Positions 1 to 10,463 of a DNA stretch of 64,000 nt are shown here, piece by piece; positions within the stretch are counted from its first letter, which is position 1; each line of letters opens with the position of its first letter. The translations under genes were made by a program, and so were the position numbers. Origin of the DNA: Candidatus Bathyarchaeia archaeon (GTDB lineage Archaea; Thermoproteota; Bathyarchaeia; Bathyarchaeales; Bathycorpusculaceae). Where the stretch lies: contig JBEKKK010000001.1 in NCBI GenBank assembly GCA_050010755.1, positions 448,001 to 512,000 of the forward strand, read 5' to 3'. Under the pieces are notes generated by a model. The model was not told where the DNA came from. It did no database searches and was given only the letters and a program-made list of their open reading frames with translations.

Positions 1-1092
1 GTGGGTCATTTCGCTGTTCCTGTATTCCAGTCTTCCAGCCTTGTTGAGCTTGAAGTCTGTTCCGTATACTAGTTTGTAGTCGTATACGTTCAGATCCATT
101 GCTCCCATCTCTGTTTCTAGCATTTGGCCTACGTCACAGCCGAACCAGACCGCGTGGTTGTCCTTTATCATTTCGACGGCGGCTTTCTTCAAGGTTGGCA
201 TATCAACGTTTAAGTAGCGGACTGGTCGCCCTTCGATGACGTTGCCCAAGTACTGAACCGTGTAGAGTTTATTGTAGGGTTTGTCCTTGGTTGGAGCGTT
301 TATCAGACAAACTAGATCGTCCAGGTTAGTGCCCACATATTTCTCGTAGAATTCTTTTGGCGTGATGTCGCCTTGTCTGTGAAATACGTTCTGCTTATCT
401 CGCCACTCCCAACAAAAGCTGCTAGGTGGCTTCCCCAAGTGGATCGTGAGCATGCGGTAGAATTCCTCGAGTAGCTCGCATTTCAACTTTCGCAGTTCCC
501 TGATTGAGGATCCATGAGCGTTTAGGTCTCGTAGCGTCTTTGCGTATTCTCTCAGCTTAGCGACTAAAAGGGTGTTCATAGAATCAGAGTTGTTGCTGCT
601 GTCTGTCTCGGGCATGACGGACTTTGGCACAACGCCGTATTTGTCTACGAGATTCACGAACATGTCCCATTGTCCACCGTCGGAGAGTGGATCATATAGA
701 AGGGCCAGAACCAGTCGGCTGTCCAGTGGTTCATTTCTGGTTTCGATGATGTTCTCGAGGAAGTAATTTGCTTTTTCCAGTTTATCCCAGAACATCTGGT
801 AGACTTCTGAGAGTTCAAAAGTTACGAGTTTCAACTTTTTCATGGCTTCTAGGCAGAGGAAACTGAGTCCGGAAAACAACCAGCACCGTCCTGACTGCTC
901 TTGATTAGTTGCCTCCGGTGATTGTATTAGATGACTGAACGTGTAATTGATTCGGTCAACCTCTTTTCGGCTCAGAGCGACAGCTGCAATACCGTTCTCG
1001 GTTACAGCGTTCAGCGCAAGAAGATTTCTAGGATCCCTGTCAAAAGATGCTGAAAATCGTTTAATCTCCTGTTTCGTGATGGCTTGCTCCAT
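1..1092 (-). CDS. pepC: C1B family cysteine aminopeptidase (PepC / bleomycin hydrolase), 3' end outside window
   Basis: Manual translation from ATG at 1092: MEQAITKQEI...ATNQEQSGRCWLF...FWDKLEKANYFLE...DGGQWDM...VWFGCDV. QxGRCW catalytic motif present. Absent from the ORF track because no stop falls in the window. Confidence 0.9.
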   Translation of the reverse strand, partial: MEQAITKQEIKRFSASFDRDPRNLLALNAVTENGIAAVALSRKEVDRINYTFSHLIQSPEATNQEQSGRCWLFSGLSFLCLEAMKKLKLVTFELSEVYQMFWDKLEKANYFLENIIETRNEPLDSRLVLALLYDPLSDGGQWDMFVNLVDKYGVVPKSVMPETDSSNNSDSMNTLLVAKLREYAKTLRDLNAHGSSIRELRKLKCELLEEFYRMLTIHLGKPPSSFCWEWRDKQNVFHRQGDITPKEFYEKYVGTNLDDLVCLINAPTKDKPYNKLYTVQYLGNVIEGRPVRYLNVDMPTLKKAAVEMIKDNHAVWFGCDVGQMLETEMGAMDLNVYDYKLVYGTDFKLNKAGRLEYRNSEMTH

Positions 1093-1297
1093 ATTATCTC
1101 CCGACCGTTTGACATAGCTAAATAATTTGGAACCTAAGTTAAAGTTTTAGACTTACAAGCGAGCGTGCGCTCAAACGTGCTATCCGTTTCGCGTAAGCCA
1201 AATATATCCTTACTCAGGGCGCTCTCGTCTGGTGCTGTTACCAAAAAATACTTAGACTTCCGCTTACAACTGCAATGAAGTCTATCGTTCGCGAGCG

Positions 1298-2788
1298 GTG
1301 AACATCGTGTCCAAAGTCAAACTGCAGTCCCAACTAACGCTTTTCGATGTGACAAACCTCGTTGTCGGGGCAATCATAGGCGCGGACATTTACGTAGCGT
1401 CGGCGTTTGGAGCGCAATACCTAGGCCCCTTCTCACTCGTCGTGTGGGTCATCGCGGGAGCGATGGCAATCGTCATCGCGTTGTGTTTTGCCCAGTGTGC
1501 GTCTCTGCTGCCGAAGGTCGGCGGGCCGTATGCGTACGCGAAGGAAGCTTGGGGACAGTTTTCGGGTTTCATCGTTGGCTGGTCTCTTTGGCTTGCGGAA
1601 TGGGTGTCATTGGCCGTTTTTCCGCTTGCTTTTGTCGAGTACCTGAGTGTTTACGTTAAGCTTAGCCCAATTCCTCAGATACTTGTCGAGGGAGCTTTCG
1701 TGTTGTTTCTCATTGCCTCGAACATTTTTGGGGTCAAATCCGCCGGGAGAACGAACGATGTTTTGACTTTGGTTAAACTGGCTCCGCTGATTCTTTTTAT
1801 TGTAGTCAGTGTGGGTTTCGTCATTTTCCATCCGGCCGTTGCGGCTTCTCATTTCAGTCCGTTGTTGCCCAGTGGTCTCGGCGGTTTTGGACTTGCTCTG
1901 GTCTTGATTTTTTGGGCTTACGCGGGCTTCGAAATCTCGACCATTCCGGCTGAGGAGATAAAGGATGCGAAGAAGACTATTCCGAGGGCTATTGTTCTTG
2001 GTCTGGCCATCGTGACGGTGTTCTATCTCGTGACTAACGTTTTGCTTTTCGGGGTCACGCCGTCCGCCGTTTTGGCCTTAAGCAAGACGCCGCTGACGAC
2101 GGCGACTGGTACGGCGTTGAGTTGGAATCGTTCTGCGCTTAACGTTGGGGTTGCAATTGTCGGTGTTGGTGCGTTGGTTTCGGTGGCGGGTTCTGACGAG
2201 TCGGGGATGATAGGAACTTCGAGGCTTGGATACGCGTTGGCTGCTGATGGCCTTTTTCCGAGCGTCTTCGCCAAGATTCATGCGAAGTTTAAGACGCCTT
2301 ACCTAGGAATAATAATTCAAGGCGTCACGGCGTTCATAGCTGCGGTTTACGGAGGTCTGGTGTCTGGAGGCCTGTCCATCCTGATAGCGACCTCTGTTTT
2401 TCTGTTAGGCGCGGCTTATCTAGCCACGGCCCTCTCGGTCTTTTGGCTGCGCAAGAAGTGTCCGGGGACGCAGTCACGTTGGGAGGCAACATCTGTCATT
2501 CCTGTTTTGGGAATCGCCTTTTCCGTCATCCTGATAGTTCTGTGTGGAGTTGTTCAAATTGCGATGGGAGTCGTGTTGCTTGCTGTTGGAATTCCAATTT
2601 ACATTCTGTACACTCCGAAGAAGGAGCTGACCGAGCTCAAGAACGCGCTTTTGTCCAGAGAGGCTATCCTAGAAAGGGCGTACAGACAGGAGGACAGGTT
2701 CCTCGCGCACGCGTTACGCCACCTGAAGAGAGCGTACAGGAGACTCACTGGCAAGAAAGAAACGTGGCAGACAGAAGAAAAAGACTGA
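1298..2788 (+). CDS. APC family amino acid permease
   Basis: GAIIGADIY, GGPYAY and WAYAGFE motifs; about 12 hydrophobic segments. Confidence 0.9.
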   Translation: MNIVSKVKLQSQLTLFDVTNLVVGAIIGADIYVASAFGAQYLGPFSLVVWVIAGAMAIVIALCFAQCASLLPKVGGPYAYAKEAWGQFSGFIVGWSLWLAEWVSLAVFPLAFVEYLSVYVKLSPIPQILVEGAFVLFLIASNIFGVKSAGRTNDVLTLVKLAPLILFIVVSVGFVIFHPAVAASHFSPLLPSGLGGFGLALVLIFWAYAGFEISTIPAEEIKDAKKTIPRAIVLGLAIVTVFYLVTNVLLFGVTPSAVLALSKTPLTTATGTALSWNRSALNVGVAIVGVGALVSVAGSDESGMIGTSRLGYALAADGLFPSVFAKIHAKFKTPYLGIIIQGVTAFIAAVYGGLVSGGLSILIATSVFLLGAAYLATALSVFWLRKKCPGTQSRWEATSVIPVLGIAFSVILIVLCGVVQIAMGVVLLAVGIPIYILYTPKKELTELKNALLSREAILERAYRQEDRFLAHALRHLKRAYRRLTGKKETWQTEEKD

Positions 2789-2838
2789 AATGCCGCGCAA
2801 GGTTCGCGCTTTGAAAGCTGCGGATTGGGCTATTCCTG

Positions 2839-3171
2839 CTAGAGTGGGACAAGGCAGAGAAATTTCAGTGTTTTTTTGCCGTTGTTTTTGAACTGATGTT
2901 TTTCGTTTGGCGGCATGAAGACGGCGTCGCCTGCCTTGATTTTTTTCTCTTCTTTTCCGCCCACGACGAGGCCTTCACCCTCGAGCACGAAGACTTCGTG
3001 CTCCCAATCGTGATTATGGAATGGACTGTGGCCTCCGGGTTCCATTTCGAACAGTCTCATCGCAAAGGTGGGAGCGCCCGTTTCTTTCGTTATGAGCCAG
3101 CGGACTTTGAGTTTTGATGCTCCTTCGTCGGCTTCTTTCAGTTCTACTTCCTTGTGCGGGATTACCTTCAT
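2839..3171 (-). CDS. Cupin domain protein
   Basis: HxHxxEH...GDAVFMPPNEKH cupin motifs. Confidence 0.9.
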   Translation of the reverse strand: MKVIPHKEVELKEADEGASKLKVRWLITKETGAPTFAMRLFEMEPGGHSPFHNHDWEHEVFVLEGEGLVVGGKEEKKIKAGDAVFMPPNEKHQFKNNGKKTLKFLCLVPL

Positions 3172-3221
3172 TCATTTCACCTTCAATGCTAATATCGCAA
3201 ACAGGTTGCTTGGTTTACGTT

Positions 3222-3500
3222 TCAGTCTTTTATTGCTTCGAGCAGGCTCATTACGTTCCACAGTTTGACGCGTGTGTAGGGTGGCATGTTTGGATCCTGA
3301 AGGATTTCGTCCATGAGGGATACGGCGTTTGCTGCTCTAACGGCGGGAGTGAACTCCTTCGATTGCAAGGCGTCCATCGAGTCTTTGGCTGCCCTTCGGA
3401 TGTTTCTGGGGGTAGTGTTATCCTCGGAAACTGCTCCCAGCACGGCTAAAGCCTGCTTTATCCGCTCATCGTACTCCTCCATCTTCTTCTTTCTGACCAT
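3222..3500 (-). CDS. UPF0147 family protein
   Basis: DNTTPRNIRRAA...DPNMPPYTRVKLW signature. Confidence 0.85.
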   Translation of the reverse strand: MVRKKKMEEYDERIKQALAVLGAVSEDNTTPRNIRRAAKDSMDALQSKEFTPAVRAANAVSLMDEILQDPNMPPYTRVKLWNVMSLLEAIKD

Positions 3501-3574
3501 AGTGCCACCTCATCGTGTTCGTGATGACGCTGTTATATAAGCTGGGATACCTATTTACTTTGGGGTTTTAAAGC

Positions 3575-3940
3575 TTGTCGAAAAAACCACCTGAAGAGCC
3601 CCCTATCAAACGCATGGCCAACCTCCTGCGCCAAGGAGCAACGCTGACGGACCTCGCGTGCCCAGCGTGTTCTTCGCCGCTGTTCAGACTGAAGAACGGT
3701 GAGCTCTGGTGCGAAAAGGACCAGAAAAAAGTCATAGTCGTGAAACAAGGAGAGGAAGAAACGAGAGCAACAGGCTCGGCCGCCATGGAAAGCCTGGAAG
3801 CCACCCTCCTTGCCAAGGTTCAGACAATACAGAACAAGATTGAGCACGAAGAGAAACCTGAAGAACTGGAGAGATTGAACACGGTACTCTCTGGGCTCTT
3901 GGACAACCTTGAAAAAATAAGAAAATCAAAGAAATCATAG
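3575..3940 (+). CDS. UPF0148 / autoantigen p27 (SSSCA1-like) zinc-ribbon protein
   Basis: MANLLRQGATL..ACPACSSPLF...WC motif; divergent from UPF0147 as is common in archaea. Confidence 0.8.
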   Translation: MSKKPPEEPPIKRMANLLRQGATLTDLACPACSSPLFRLKNGELWCEKDQKKVIVVKQGEEETRATGSAAMESLEATLLAKVQTIQNKIEHEEKPEELERLNTVLSGLLDNLEKIRKSKKS

Positions 3941-3953
3941 GCGCCGCCCTTCG

Positions 3954-4463
3954 ATGCTAGGATTCTACACAAACTTTCCGCAGAACATTCACAAGGCAGA
4001 AACGTTCTCCACTTCAATCCTGAACAAGAAGCTGCAGCAGACGCTGGTGGAAGCCTTGTACAGGCTGAACAGCGAAACCCCCGGTCTGGAAGAGGTTGCA
4101 GAGCCGTCTGTGCCCTGCTGCAAGGTGATTTTCGAGTTTGGAGTGGCAGAGGACAACGACTTCAACTATTTAGATGAAGAGGAAAGAAAAAGGCTGCTTG
4201 CAGCCCTGCAGAAGAAGCCTTTTCAGGTTTTGGATTTTTTCTGCGTCATCCGCTATCGCAGAATGATCGGGGAGAAGAAGGCGCGCATGAGGTTTGACTA
4301 TTACATGCTGCGCTTCATGTTCGGCGAAAGCCTACTCGAAGTCCATGTTTCGCATGAAAAAGGAACAAGGCACATCTCACCGGACGATCTCGTCAACCTC
4401 CTCGTGAACAGGGTTAACGGCGCGTTCTCGAAGAAAGTGTTGAAGCCCACAGAAGCTGATTAG
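3954..4463 (+). CDS. Hypothetical protein
   Basis: 169-aa ORF immediately downstream of the UPF0148 gene; natural protein composition. Confidence 0.7.
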   Translation: MLGFYTNFPQNIHKAETFSTSILNKKLQQTLVEALYRLNSETPGLEEVAEPSVPCCKVIFEFGVAEDNDFNYLDEEERKRLLAALQKKPFQVLDFFCVIRYRRMIGEKKARMRFDYYMLRFMFGESLLEVHVSHEKGTRHISPDDLVNLLVNRVNGAFSKKVLKPTEAD

Positions 4464-5059
4464 AAGTCTTTCTTCAGAAACCTTTGAACGACATCGGCAA
4501 GATCCGCAGCAACCTGGCTCTTGGGCTTGTTTCCGTCCACTCTGACAAGTTCGCCGTTTCTGACAAACTTCATGTAGACCTCTCGAACTTTCCTTTGTGT
4601 TTCGAGGTTCTCCATGACTGACTTCTTGGGTTTCAGTCTTTGAACGACGGTTTCGGGTTCCACGTCGATGAATATTGCCAGGTCGGGGCGAACCGCGTGT
4701 TCGTTTATCTTTTGGATCCATTCTAAATCAAGCCCGGTTGCGCCTTGATAGGCTAGGGATGAGTAGACGTAGCGGTCAGAAACAATTATCCGACCCATTT
4801 TCAGAGCTGGCAAAACAGTGTTTTCCACATGATCAGAACGGTCTGCCGCAAAGAGCAGCGCCTCAACCACGCCTGAACCACGCTTGAGGCTGTGTAGGCA
4901 GTGTTTCTTGATGAATCGGCCGATGTTGCCGCGGCTGGGTTCTGCGGTGTAAACGGCATCACTGGTTCTCCTCAGTTTTCTCACGAGCAGTTTTGCCTGC
5001 GTGGTTTTTCCACAGCCGTCCAACCCTTCGAGGCAGATGAAAGCTCCCTTGGAAACCAA
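4460..5059 (-). CDS. tmk: Thymidylate (dTMP) kinase
   Basis: EGLDGCGKTT P-loop, LLFAADR, SDRYVYSSLAYQG. Confidence 0.95.
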   Translation of the reverse strand: MVSKGAFICLEGLDGCGKTTQAKLLVRKLRRTSDAVYTAEPSRGNIGRFIKKHCLHSLKRGSGVVEALLFAADRSDHVENTVLPALKMGRIIVSDRYVYSSLAYQGATGLDLEWIQKINEHAVRPDLAIFIDVEPETVVQRLKPKKSVMENLETQRKVREVYMKFVRNGELVRVDGNKPKSQVAADLADVVQRFLKKDF

Positions 5060-5212
5060 CGCTTCCCACCCTCAAACCTTAGGCACTATGGGAAGACGGA
5101 TATTTAGTGTTATTCTCATGCATCACGATGAATTGTTAAAGGAGCCGGTCTTTGAGTTATGCTGTTAACTTGATTGTCTTGGCGGTTTTCTTCGACTTTT
5201 TTTCTGTGAATC

Positions 5213-5623
5213 ATGGTGAGCGGTCGCTATCCTTATACGCGCGGGATTCTAAATGGACGTTGGGAAGGGACTGGCATGGCTGTGAAGGGACCAGACAAAT
5301 TTGATCCGAAAACGGGGTTTTACAGTGGTCAGTTCATGGCGACTGGTATTCCAACCGTTGAAGATAGGATGAATTGGTTGGCATTGCACCAGACTGAAAA
5401 TCGGAAAGGATCGCAAGGGCGTGACCAAAAGAATAGTATGGAGTTCGATTTGGCTGAGAGAAGAGTTGTCGGTTGCTCTCACGTTTGGCGGCCTGTTCAC
5501 AAATTTCTGCACAAAGAGTACATGCATTGTATCAAGTGCGGGGCTGTCAAGCATCAGGATGGGACAATCTGGTTTTTCGTAGGCCACCATGCAGTCGAAT
5601 TGACGATAAAAAGATGTGATTAA
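5213..5623 (+). CDS. Hypothetical protein with C-terminal CxH...CxxC putative zinc finger
   Basis: GCSHVW...HCIKCG pattern; no family recognised. Confidence 0.5.
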   Translation: MVSGRYPYTRGILNGRWEGTGMAVKGPDKFDPKTGFYSGQFMATGIPTVEDRMNWLALHQTENRKGSQGRDQKNSMEFDLAERRVVGCSHVWRPVHKFLHKEYMHCIKCGAVKHQDGTIWFFVGHHAVELTIKRCD

Positions 5624-5706
5624 GAGAGCGCTTTTCTATTCTAGGGAAAGTGTGAAATATCGAACTTGGTCGGCCAGAAAACGAGAACTGTGCCTGCACG
5701 CGAGAG

Positions 5707-6129
5707 TTATAATCGGGTTGCTGACTCGTGTGCCCTGTACAGGAAGGCTTCTATCTGTTCTCTCGTCATAGCGCCTTCGATGATTTCGCCCAAAGAGGTC
5801 ACTAAAGCTGGGAGGGTTTTTATTCTTTTGGAATGTTCTATTCTCCATCTTAAGAAGGCACTGTCTTTCGCCAGGTCAACTACCGTCAAATCGAAGCCGT
5901 ATCTTGAGGCTAGCTCTTTGACGTCTTCGACCGTTCTCTGCTGGTCTTCCGGAAGCACGTAATCATATTCAACAACGGTTTTCACGTCATAGTAAGAAAT
6001 GGGCTTCTCTACAGGGCCATAGCCTGGCGGAGCCCCTGTTCCCACATACTTTGTCGTGTAACCGCCAACTTGCTCTTCTCCAGTCGCGGTCTTGGTGCTT
6101 CTCACGTAGAGAATGACTTCAGAATTCAT
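5707..6129 (-). CDS. Hypothetical protein, possibly thioredoxin/glutaredoxin-like fold without CxxC
   Basis: Start moved to ATG at 6129 (MNSEVILY); VVDLAK...IKTLPALV..GEIIEG resembles the Trx-fold cis-Pro region. Confidence 0.5.
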   Translation of the reverse strand: MNSEVILYVRSTKTATGEEQVGGYTTKYVGTGAPPGYGPVEKPISYYDVKTVVEYDYVLPEDQQRTVEDVKELASRYGFDLTVVDLAKDSAFLRWRIEHSKRIKTLPALVTSLGEIIEGAMTREQIEAFLYRAHESATRL

Positions 6130-6299
6130 GCTTTCCCCTTCCACTATTCTTTCCAGCATACTCCGAAAAAAGGCTTCCGCATGTACACGATGTCTGTCTG
6201 TTTGTATGTGCACGGCATCGTCGTGTTTAAGGAAGAAAGCGCGCTTAGGTCAGCGGTAGCAATATGCAGTGTAACTGATTATGTAGTGGATTCCTGAGG

Positions 6300-6887
6300 T
6301 TATTGTTGTTTTTGCTGCCGAGCGTTTTCGGTTTTGGCAAGCAAGTAGCCGCCGAACCCTGCTCCCCACACGAGAATGGGGTAGGCGATCATGCGTTCCA
6401 TTCCGCCCGGGCCGAGCCCCAAGTAATCTTTCGCGCCGAAGAGGCCTAATGCTGCCAGAGCTGTAAGTCCGAGAATGACAGCGATGACTGAGAAGGGCAG
6501 TTTGAGCAGCTTGATCGATGCTATGCAAGAGAGTGCGCCGAACAGGAAGGCGATGAGCGAAACTATGGGGTGAATTGATCCGTAGTGTTCGGTGAACACG
6601 CCCACGCCCATGGATCCCAGTGAGGTTAGAATCAACAGTATAGTCAGAGGCTTGAAGTCGAAGGCTCTTTGGAGGAAGAGGGCTCCGACGAGTATTAACA
6701 GGCCAAGGAGAAAGACTGACGAGTTGAAGATCATCGCGGAAGGTCCAACGCCCAAGTCGCTAATGTAGTTCGTGCTTATACTGTAATTCGAGACAGCGCG
6801 GGCTTCGGCAACCATCATTCCTATGATGAACTGCGAGGCCGCTATGAAAAAGAAACTTCCAGCAATTTTACCATCAGAATATTTCAT
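6300..6887 (-). CDS. DUF998 family membrane protein
   Basis: YSISTNYISDLG, GVGVF..H, GGMER motifs. Confidence 0.8.
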   Translation of the reverse strand: MKYSDGKIAGSFFFIAASQFIIGMMVAEARAVSNYSISTNYISDLGVGPSAMIFNSSVFLLGLLILVGALFLQRAFDFKPLTILLILTSLGSMGVGVFTEHYGSIHPIVSLIAFLFGALSCIASIKLLKLPFSVIAVILGLTALAALGLFGAKDYLGLGPGGMERMIAYPILVWGAGFGGYLLAKTENARQQKQQ

Positions 6888-6996
6888 GGTACTAGCTACT
6901 TCTTCTGGATTTTTAAAATTTATCTTCCGCGACGCGTTGCAGGGGCAAAGTTAGGCGTTATAAGAATGAACATGTATCTACTAGCTATCCAGAAAC

Positions 6997-8292
6997 GTGG
7001 GAGGGTTGTGGATGCCTAGGAATTATTGGGGTGAGATTAAGGATCCTGTGCACGGGTACGTGTACATTACTGAGGAGGAGAGAGGCCTTATCGATTCTTA
7101 TCCTGTTCAGAGGCTGCATAGGCTGCGGCAGCTTGCGGGGGCGGAGTATGTTTATCCTGGGGCGAACCACACGCGTTTTGAGCATTCGGTCGGCGTGATG
7201 TACTTGGCGAGCAGGGTGGTTGAGAATCCCAACATTTCGCAGTACGTTAGGGAGGATGAGGCGGAGATGGTGAGGATGGCGGGTTTGCTTCACGATGTGG
7301 GGCACGGGCCGTTCTCGCATGTTTTTGAGCCGCTGTTGGAGAGAGAGTTGAACAAGACGCATGAGGACATCACTCTGTGGCTGGTTAAGAACAGCGAACT
7401 GAAGGACAGGCTGGAAGGGGTGGGTTGCAGGGCGGAGGATGTTGCTAAGCTGGCGGTTGGCAGGCTTCACAGGCCCGGAAAGGCTTTCTTGGATCAGATA
7501 ATAAGCAGCGCCGTGGATGTTGACAAGCAGGATTTCATTGTGCGCGATAGTTACCATACGGGGGCTGAGTACGGTTTCATCGACGTTTCTAGGCTGATCC
7601 ACACGTTGGACGTGTTGGAGGGTGACTTGGCCGTCGATTTGGGCGCGTTGTCGGCGCTTGAGTCTCTGATAATAGCTCGAATGGAGTCGTTCAGGAGTAT
7701 ATACTTTCACCGTGTTGGCAGGGCGGCGCAGATCATGCTTTCAATGGCGATGGAAAAGGCAAACGATGAGCTCGGCTTGACGAGTTTCAAGACTCCGGAG
7801 GAGTACTTGGCCATGGACGATTACACGGTTTGGGCGATGTTGAAAAACTGCAAAAAATCAAGCGCCATCATAAGAAACCTTGAGAGGCGAAAGATGTTGA
7901 AGTGCGCTTACGAGAGGACGTTCTACGAGAAGGACACGGTGGTTTCTAACATTTTCAGCCGTGAAGCCAACAGAACGCAGTTGCAGGCCGAGATCGCAAG
8001 AGAAGCCAAGCTCAGGGCAGAAGCGGTTTTCATCGATGTCCCGACTGTTCCCTCCGTTCCGAATCATCACTCGGTGTTGATGGAGAGCTTTGAGATTCCC
8101 GTGTTTTACAGGACGGCGAAGGGCGAGAAGGTTCCGCAGAGGCTGAGCGAGATTTCCAAGATTTTCGAAACGCTGAAGGGTTTCATGAACATAATGCGCG
8201 TCTACACGGGAGAAGAGAACAGGGAAAGGGTGAGCGCGGCCGCGTCGAAGATTCTGGGAGAGATTCCGTCGTCAGCGACAATATCTTATTGA
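6997..8292 (+). CDS. HD-domain phosphohydrolase (SAMHD1/dNTPase-like)
   Basis: IKDPVHG, QRLHRLRQL, HTRFEHSVG, LHDVGHGPFSH, DVDKQDFIVRD. Confidence 0.9.
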   Translation: MGGLWMPRNYWGEIKDPVHGYVYITEEERGLIDSYPVQRLHRLRQLAGAEYVYPGANHTRFEHSVGVMYLASRVVENPNISQYVREDEAEMVRMAGLLHDVGHGPFSHVFEPLLERELNKTHEDITLWLVKNSELKDRLEGVGCRAEDVAKLAVGRLHRPGKAFLDQIISSAVDVDKQDFIVRDSYHTGAEYGFIDVSRLIHTLDVLEGDLAVDLGALSALESLIIARMESFRSIYFHRVGRAAQIMLSMAMEKANDELGLTSFKTPEEYLAMDDYTVWAMLKNCKKSSAIIRNLERRKMLKCAYERTFYEKDTVVSNIFSREANRTQLQAEIAREAKLRAEAVFIDVPTVPSVPNHHSVLMESFEIPVFYRTAKGEKVPQRLSEISKIFETLKGFMNIMRVYTGEENRERVSAAASKILGEIPSSATISY

Positions 8293-8299
8293 AGCGTGC

Positions 8300-8722
8300 G
8301 TGCCGAGAATGCGGTCTTTAACGTTTAAGGGCAGAGGAATCGTGGAGGGAACTCGGACGGCAGAGGCCCTGGTGAGCATTAAGCCCATCAGCTTTCTGGG
8401 CGGAGTGGACCCGGCTGACGGAAAGATAATCGAGAAGAAGCATGATCTCTGCGGCACGTGCATTAAAGACAAGATTCTGGTCTTTCCGCACGGTCACGGG
8501 TCAACGGTGGGCAGCTACGTAATGTACTCGCTGGCCAAGAAAGGCCTAGGCCCCGCGGCAATCATCAACCAAACAGCCGACCCCGTCGTCGTGGTAGGCG
8601 CAATAATAGCCAACATTCCAATGATTGATCAGGTGGACATCGGAAAATTCAGAACGGGCGACACCGTCGAAGTTGACGGAAGCAAGGGCGTCGCGAGAAT
8701 CTTGAAGCGCAGGGAGAGCTGA
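8300..8722 (+). CDS. Aconitase X swivel subunit (DUF126); probable phosphomevalonate dehydratase small subunit
   Basis: ISFLGGVDP..G...GHGSTVGSY motif; coupled to the DUF521 gene. Confidence 0.85.
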   Translation: MPRMRSLTFKGRGIVEGTRTAEALVSIKPISFLGGVDPADGKIIEKKHDLCGTCIKDKILVFPHGHGSTVGSYVMYSLAKKGLGPAAIINQTADPVVVVGAIIANIPMIDQVDIGKFRTGDTVEVDGSKGVARILKRRES

Positions 8723-8728
8723 AACGGC

Positions 8729-9895
8729 GTGCAGTTGACGCGAGAGGAAGAGCGCATCTACGATGGCGAGCGCGGGTGGGCGAATCAGACTTGCATGAAA
8801 ATTCTGGTGCGGTTGGGCGAGCTGTTCGGCGCAGAGAAACTTATACCGATAGATTCCGCGCATGTTTCTGGAGTTTCATACAAAACCTTGGGGGACGCCC
8901 CGATCGAGTTCTTGAGAACCCTGGCAGATTCTGACGGGAGAGTGAAAGTCAGGACGACTTTGAACCCGCAGAGCCTCGACTCGCAATACCTCAGAAAGAA
9001 AGTTGAAGAGAGTCTTCAGGAACCGCAGCTTGATATTTTGAGACAGTTTGAGAGAATGGGCTTGACACAGTCTTTGACGTGTACGCCGTATTACTTGCAC
9101 AGGTTGGCGCGGGGTTCGCATCATGCGTGGGCCGAGTCCTCAGCTGTCGTTTACGCTAATTCTGTTCTGGGCGCGTGGACTAACCGTGAAGGTGGACCTA
9201 GCGCGCTTGCAGCGGCGATAATTGGGAAAACGCCTGATTATGGAATTCACAGGGCGGGGAACAGGCGGCCAAACGTCACGGTGAAGGTTGAGGCCAAACT
9301 GACAGATCCAACGAAACTGGGGGCCCTAGGAATATTTTTGGGCAAAACGCTGGGAGACAAAATCCCCACGATAACAGGTCTGCCAAACACATCTAGGGAC
9401 GATTTGAAGCAGCTCTGCGCCGCCATCGCCACGACGGGAATGACGAACATGTTTCACACAGGCTCTAAAACGACGACGGAAGGAGCGGAAAGGATCTGTG
9501 TGGACTCGGATCAGATTGAGCGGACAATCGAGGAGCTTTCCGGTGGAACTGGTAAGCCTGATCTTGTATTTTTGGGGTGTCCACACTGTTCGTTGGATGA
9601 GATGAGACGGATCGCAGAGCTTATTGAAGGGAAGAGGGTTAGGGCCAGCGTGGAGTTTTGGGTCTGCACTTCCTGTCACGTGAGACGAGCAGCCGCCGCA
9701 TATGTGAAGAGGATTGAAGAGGCTGGAGGGCACGTGTTGGACGGCGTGTGCACGGTTGTCTCCTGGACTGAGAAGCTAGGGATAAGGACGATAATGACCA
9801 ACTCGGCGAAAACAGCCTATTATGCCCCTACGTTGAACAAGGCAGAAGCCGTGTTGGCGCCGATGGAAGATTGCCTGGAATCAACACTTCGATAA
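8729..9895 (+). CDS. Aconitase X catalytic subunit (DUF521); probable phosphomevalonate dehydratase large subunit (archaeal mevalonate pathway)
   Basis: AHVSGVSY, TCTPY, WAESSAV, GCPH, TNSAK motifs. Confidence 0.88.
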   Translation: MQLTREEERIYDGERGWANQTCMKILVRLGELFGAEKLIPIDSAHVSGVSYKTLGDAPIEFLRTLADSDGRVKVRTTLNPQSLDSQYLRKKVEESLQEPQLDILRQFERMGLTQSLTCTPYYLHRLARGSHHAWAESSAVVYANSVLGAWTNREGGPSALAAAIIGKTPDYGIHRAGNRRPNVTVKVEAKLTDPTKLGALGIFLGKTLGDKIPTITGLPNTSRDDLKQLCAAIATTGMTNMFHTGSKTTTEGAERICVDSDQIERTIEELSGGTGKPDLVFLGCPHCSLDEMRRIAELIEGKRVRASVEFWVCTSCHVRRAAAAYVKRIEEAGGHVLDGVCTVVSWTEKLGIRTIMTNSAKTAYYAPTLNKAEAVLAPMEDCLESTLR

Positions 9896-9902
9896 GCGCG
9901 CG

Positions 9903-10388
9903 CTATTTACTGGAACGTTCTTGGCGATACAAGTGTATTGCCTTCTGGAGTAGCTCTTTAACGGTTTGACCTGTATCGCCAGTTGAACTGGGTTGTGTTG
10001 GATTCTTCTTTTCAAGAATGTATTGTTCCGCGCGGTCTCGCAGTTGTGGAAAATCATCAAGCATAGACTTCGAGACGTCCCAACGGATTTCAGTCGTATC
10101 CGGCGGTGTATTGTCTCGCAATATACGCTTCACCCCAATAGTAATACGGTCACCCTGAAATTTAAGCATTATGTATACTTGTAGTACAATTAAAGGAAAA
10201 AGATACAGTTCATCCGAGAGAGCCCGCAACGCAGACTTAAGAGCGTGAGCTGGAATAGAATAGCTTTGCGCGCGCGGGGGCACCGTCCACTCCTGTGTGG
10301 GCAACATAGTCACATACGTGCCTACATTATGTGGATCCATTGCATCAGATGTGTGTGAAAGAAAATGGAGGGGCGACCGGCTCGCCAC
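9903..10388 (-). CDS. Hypothetical protein (real start probably downstream, near MLKFQG at about 10170)
   Basis: The C-terminal ~90 aa look like natural protein; the N-terminal part crosses a (CG)n tract and looks non-coding. Confidence 0.4.
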   Translation of the reverse strand: MASRSPLHFLSHTSDAMDPHNVGTYVTMLPTQEWTVPPRAQSYSIPAHALKSALRALSDELYLFPLIVLQVYIMLKFQGDRITIGVKRILRDNTPPDTTEIRWDVSKSMLDDFPQLRDRAEQYILEKKNPTQPSSTGDTGQTVKELLQKAIHLYRQERSSK

Positions 10389-10463
10389 GGAAAATCCCGC
10401 GCTCGCTGACGTAAACGCTTATTGGAATGATGAGCCTGAATTCTGGCGGGGTTCGGTTGCAAA

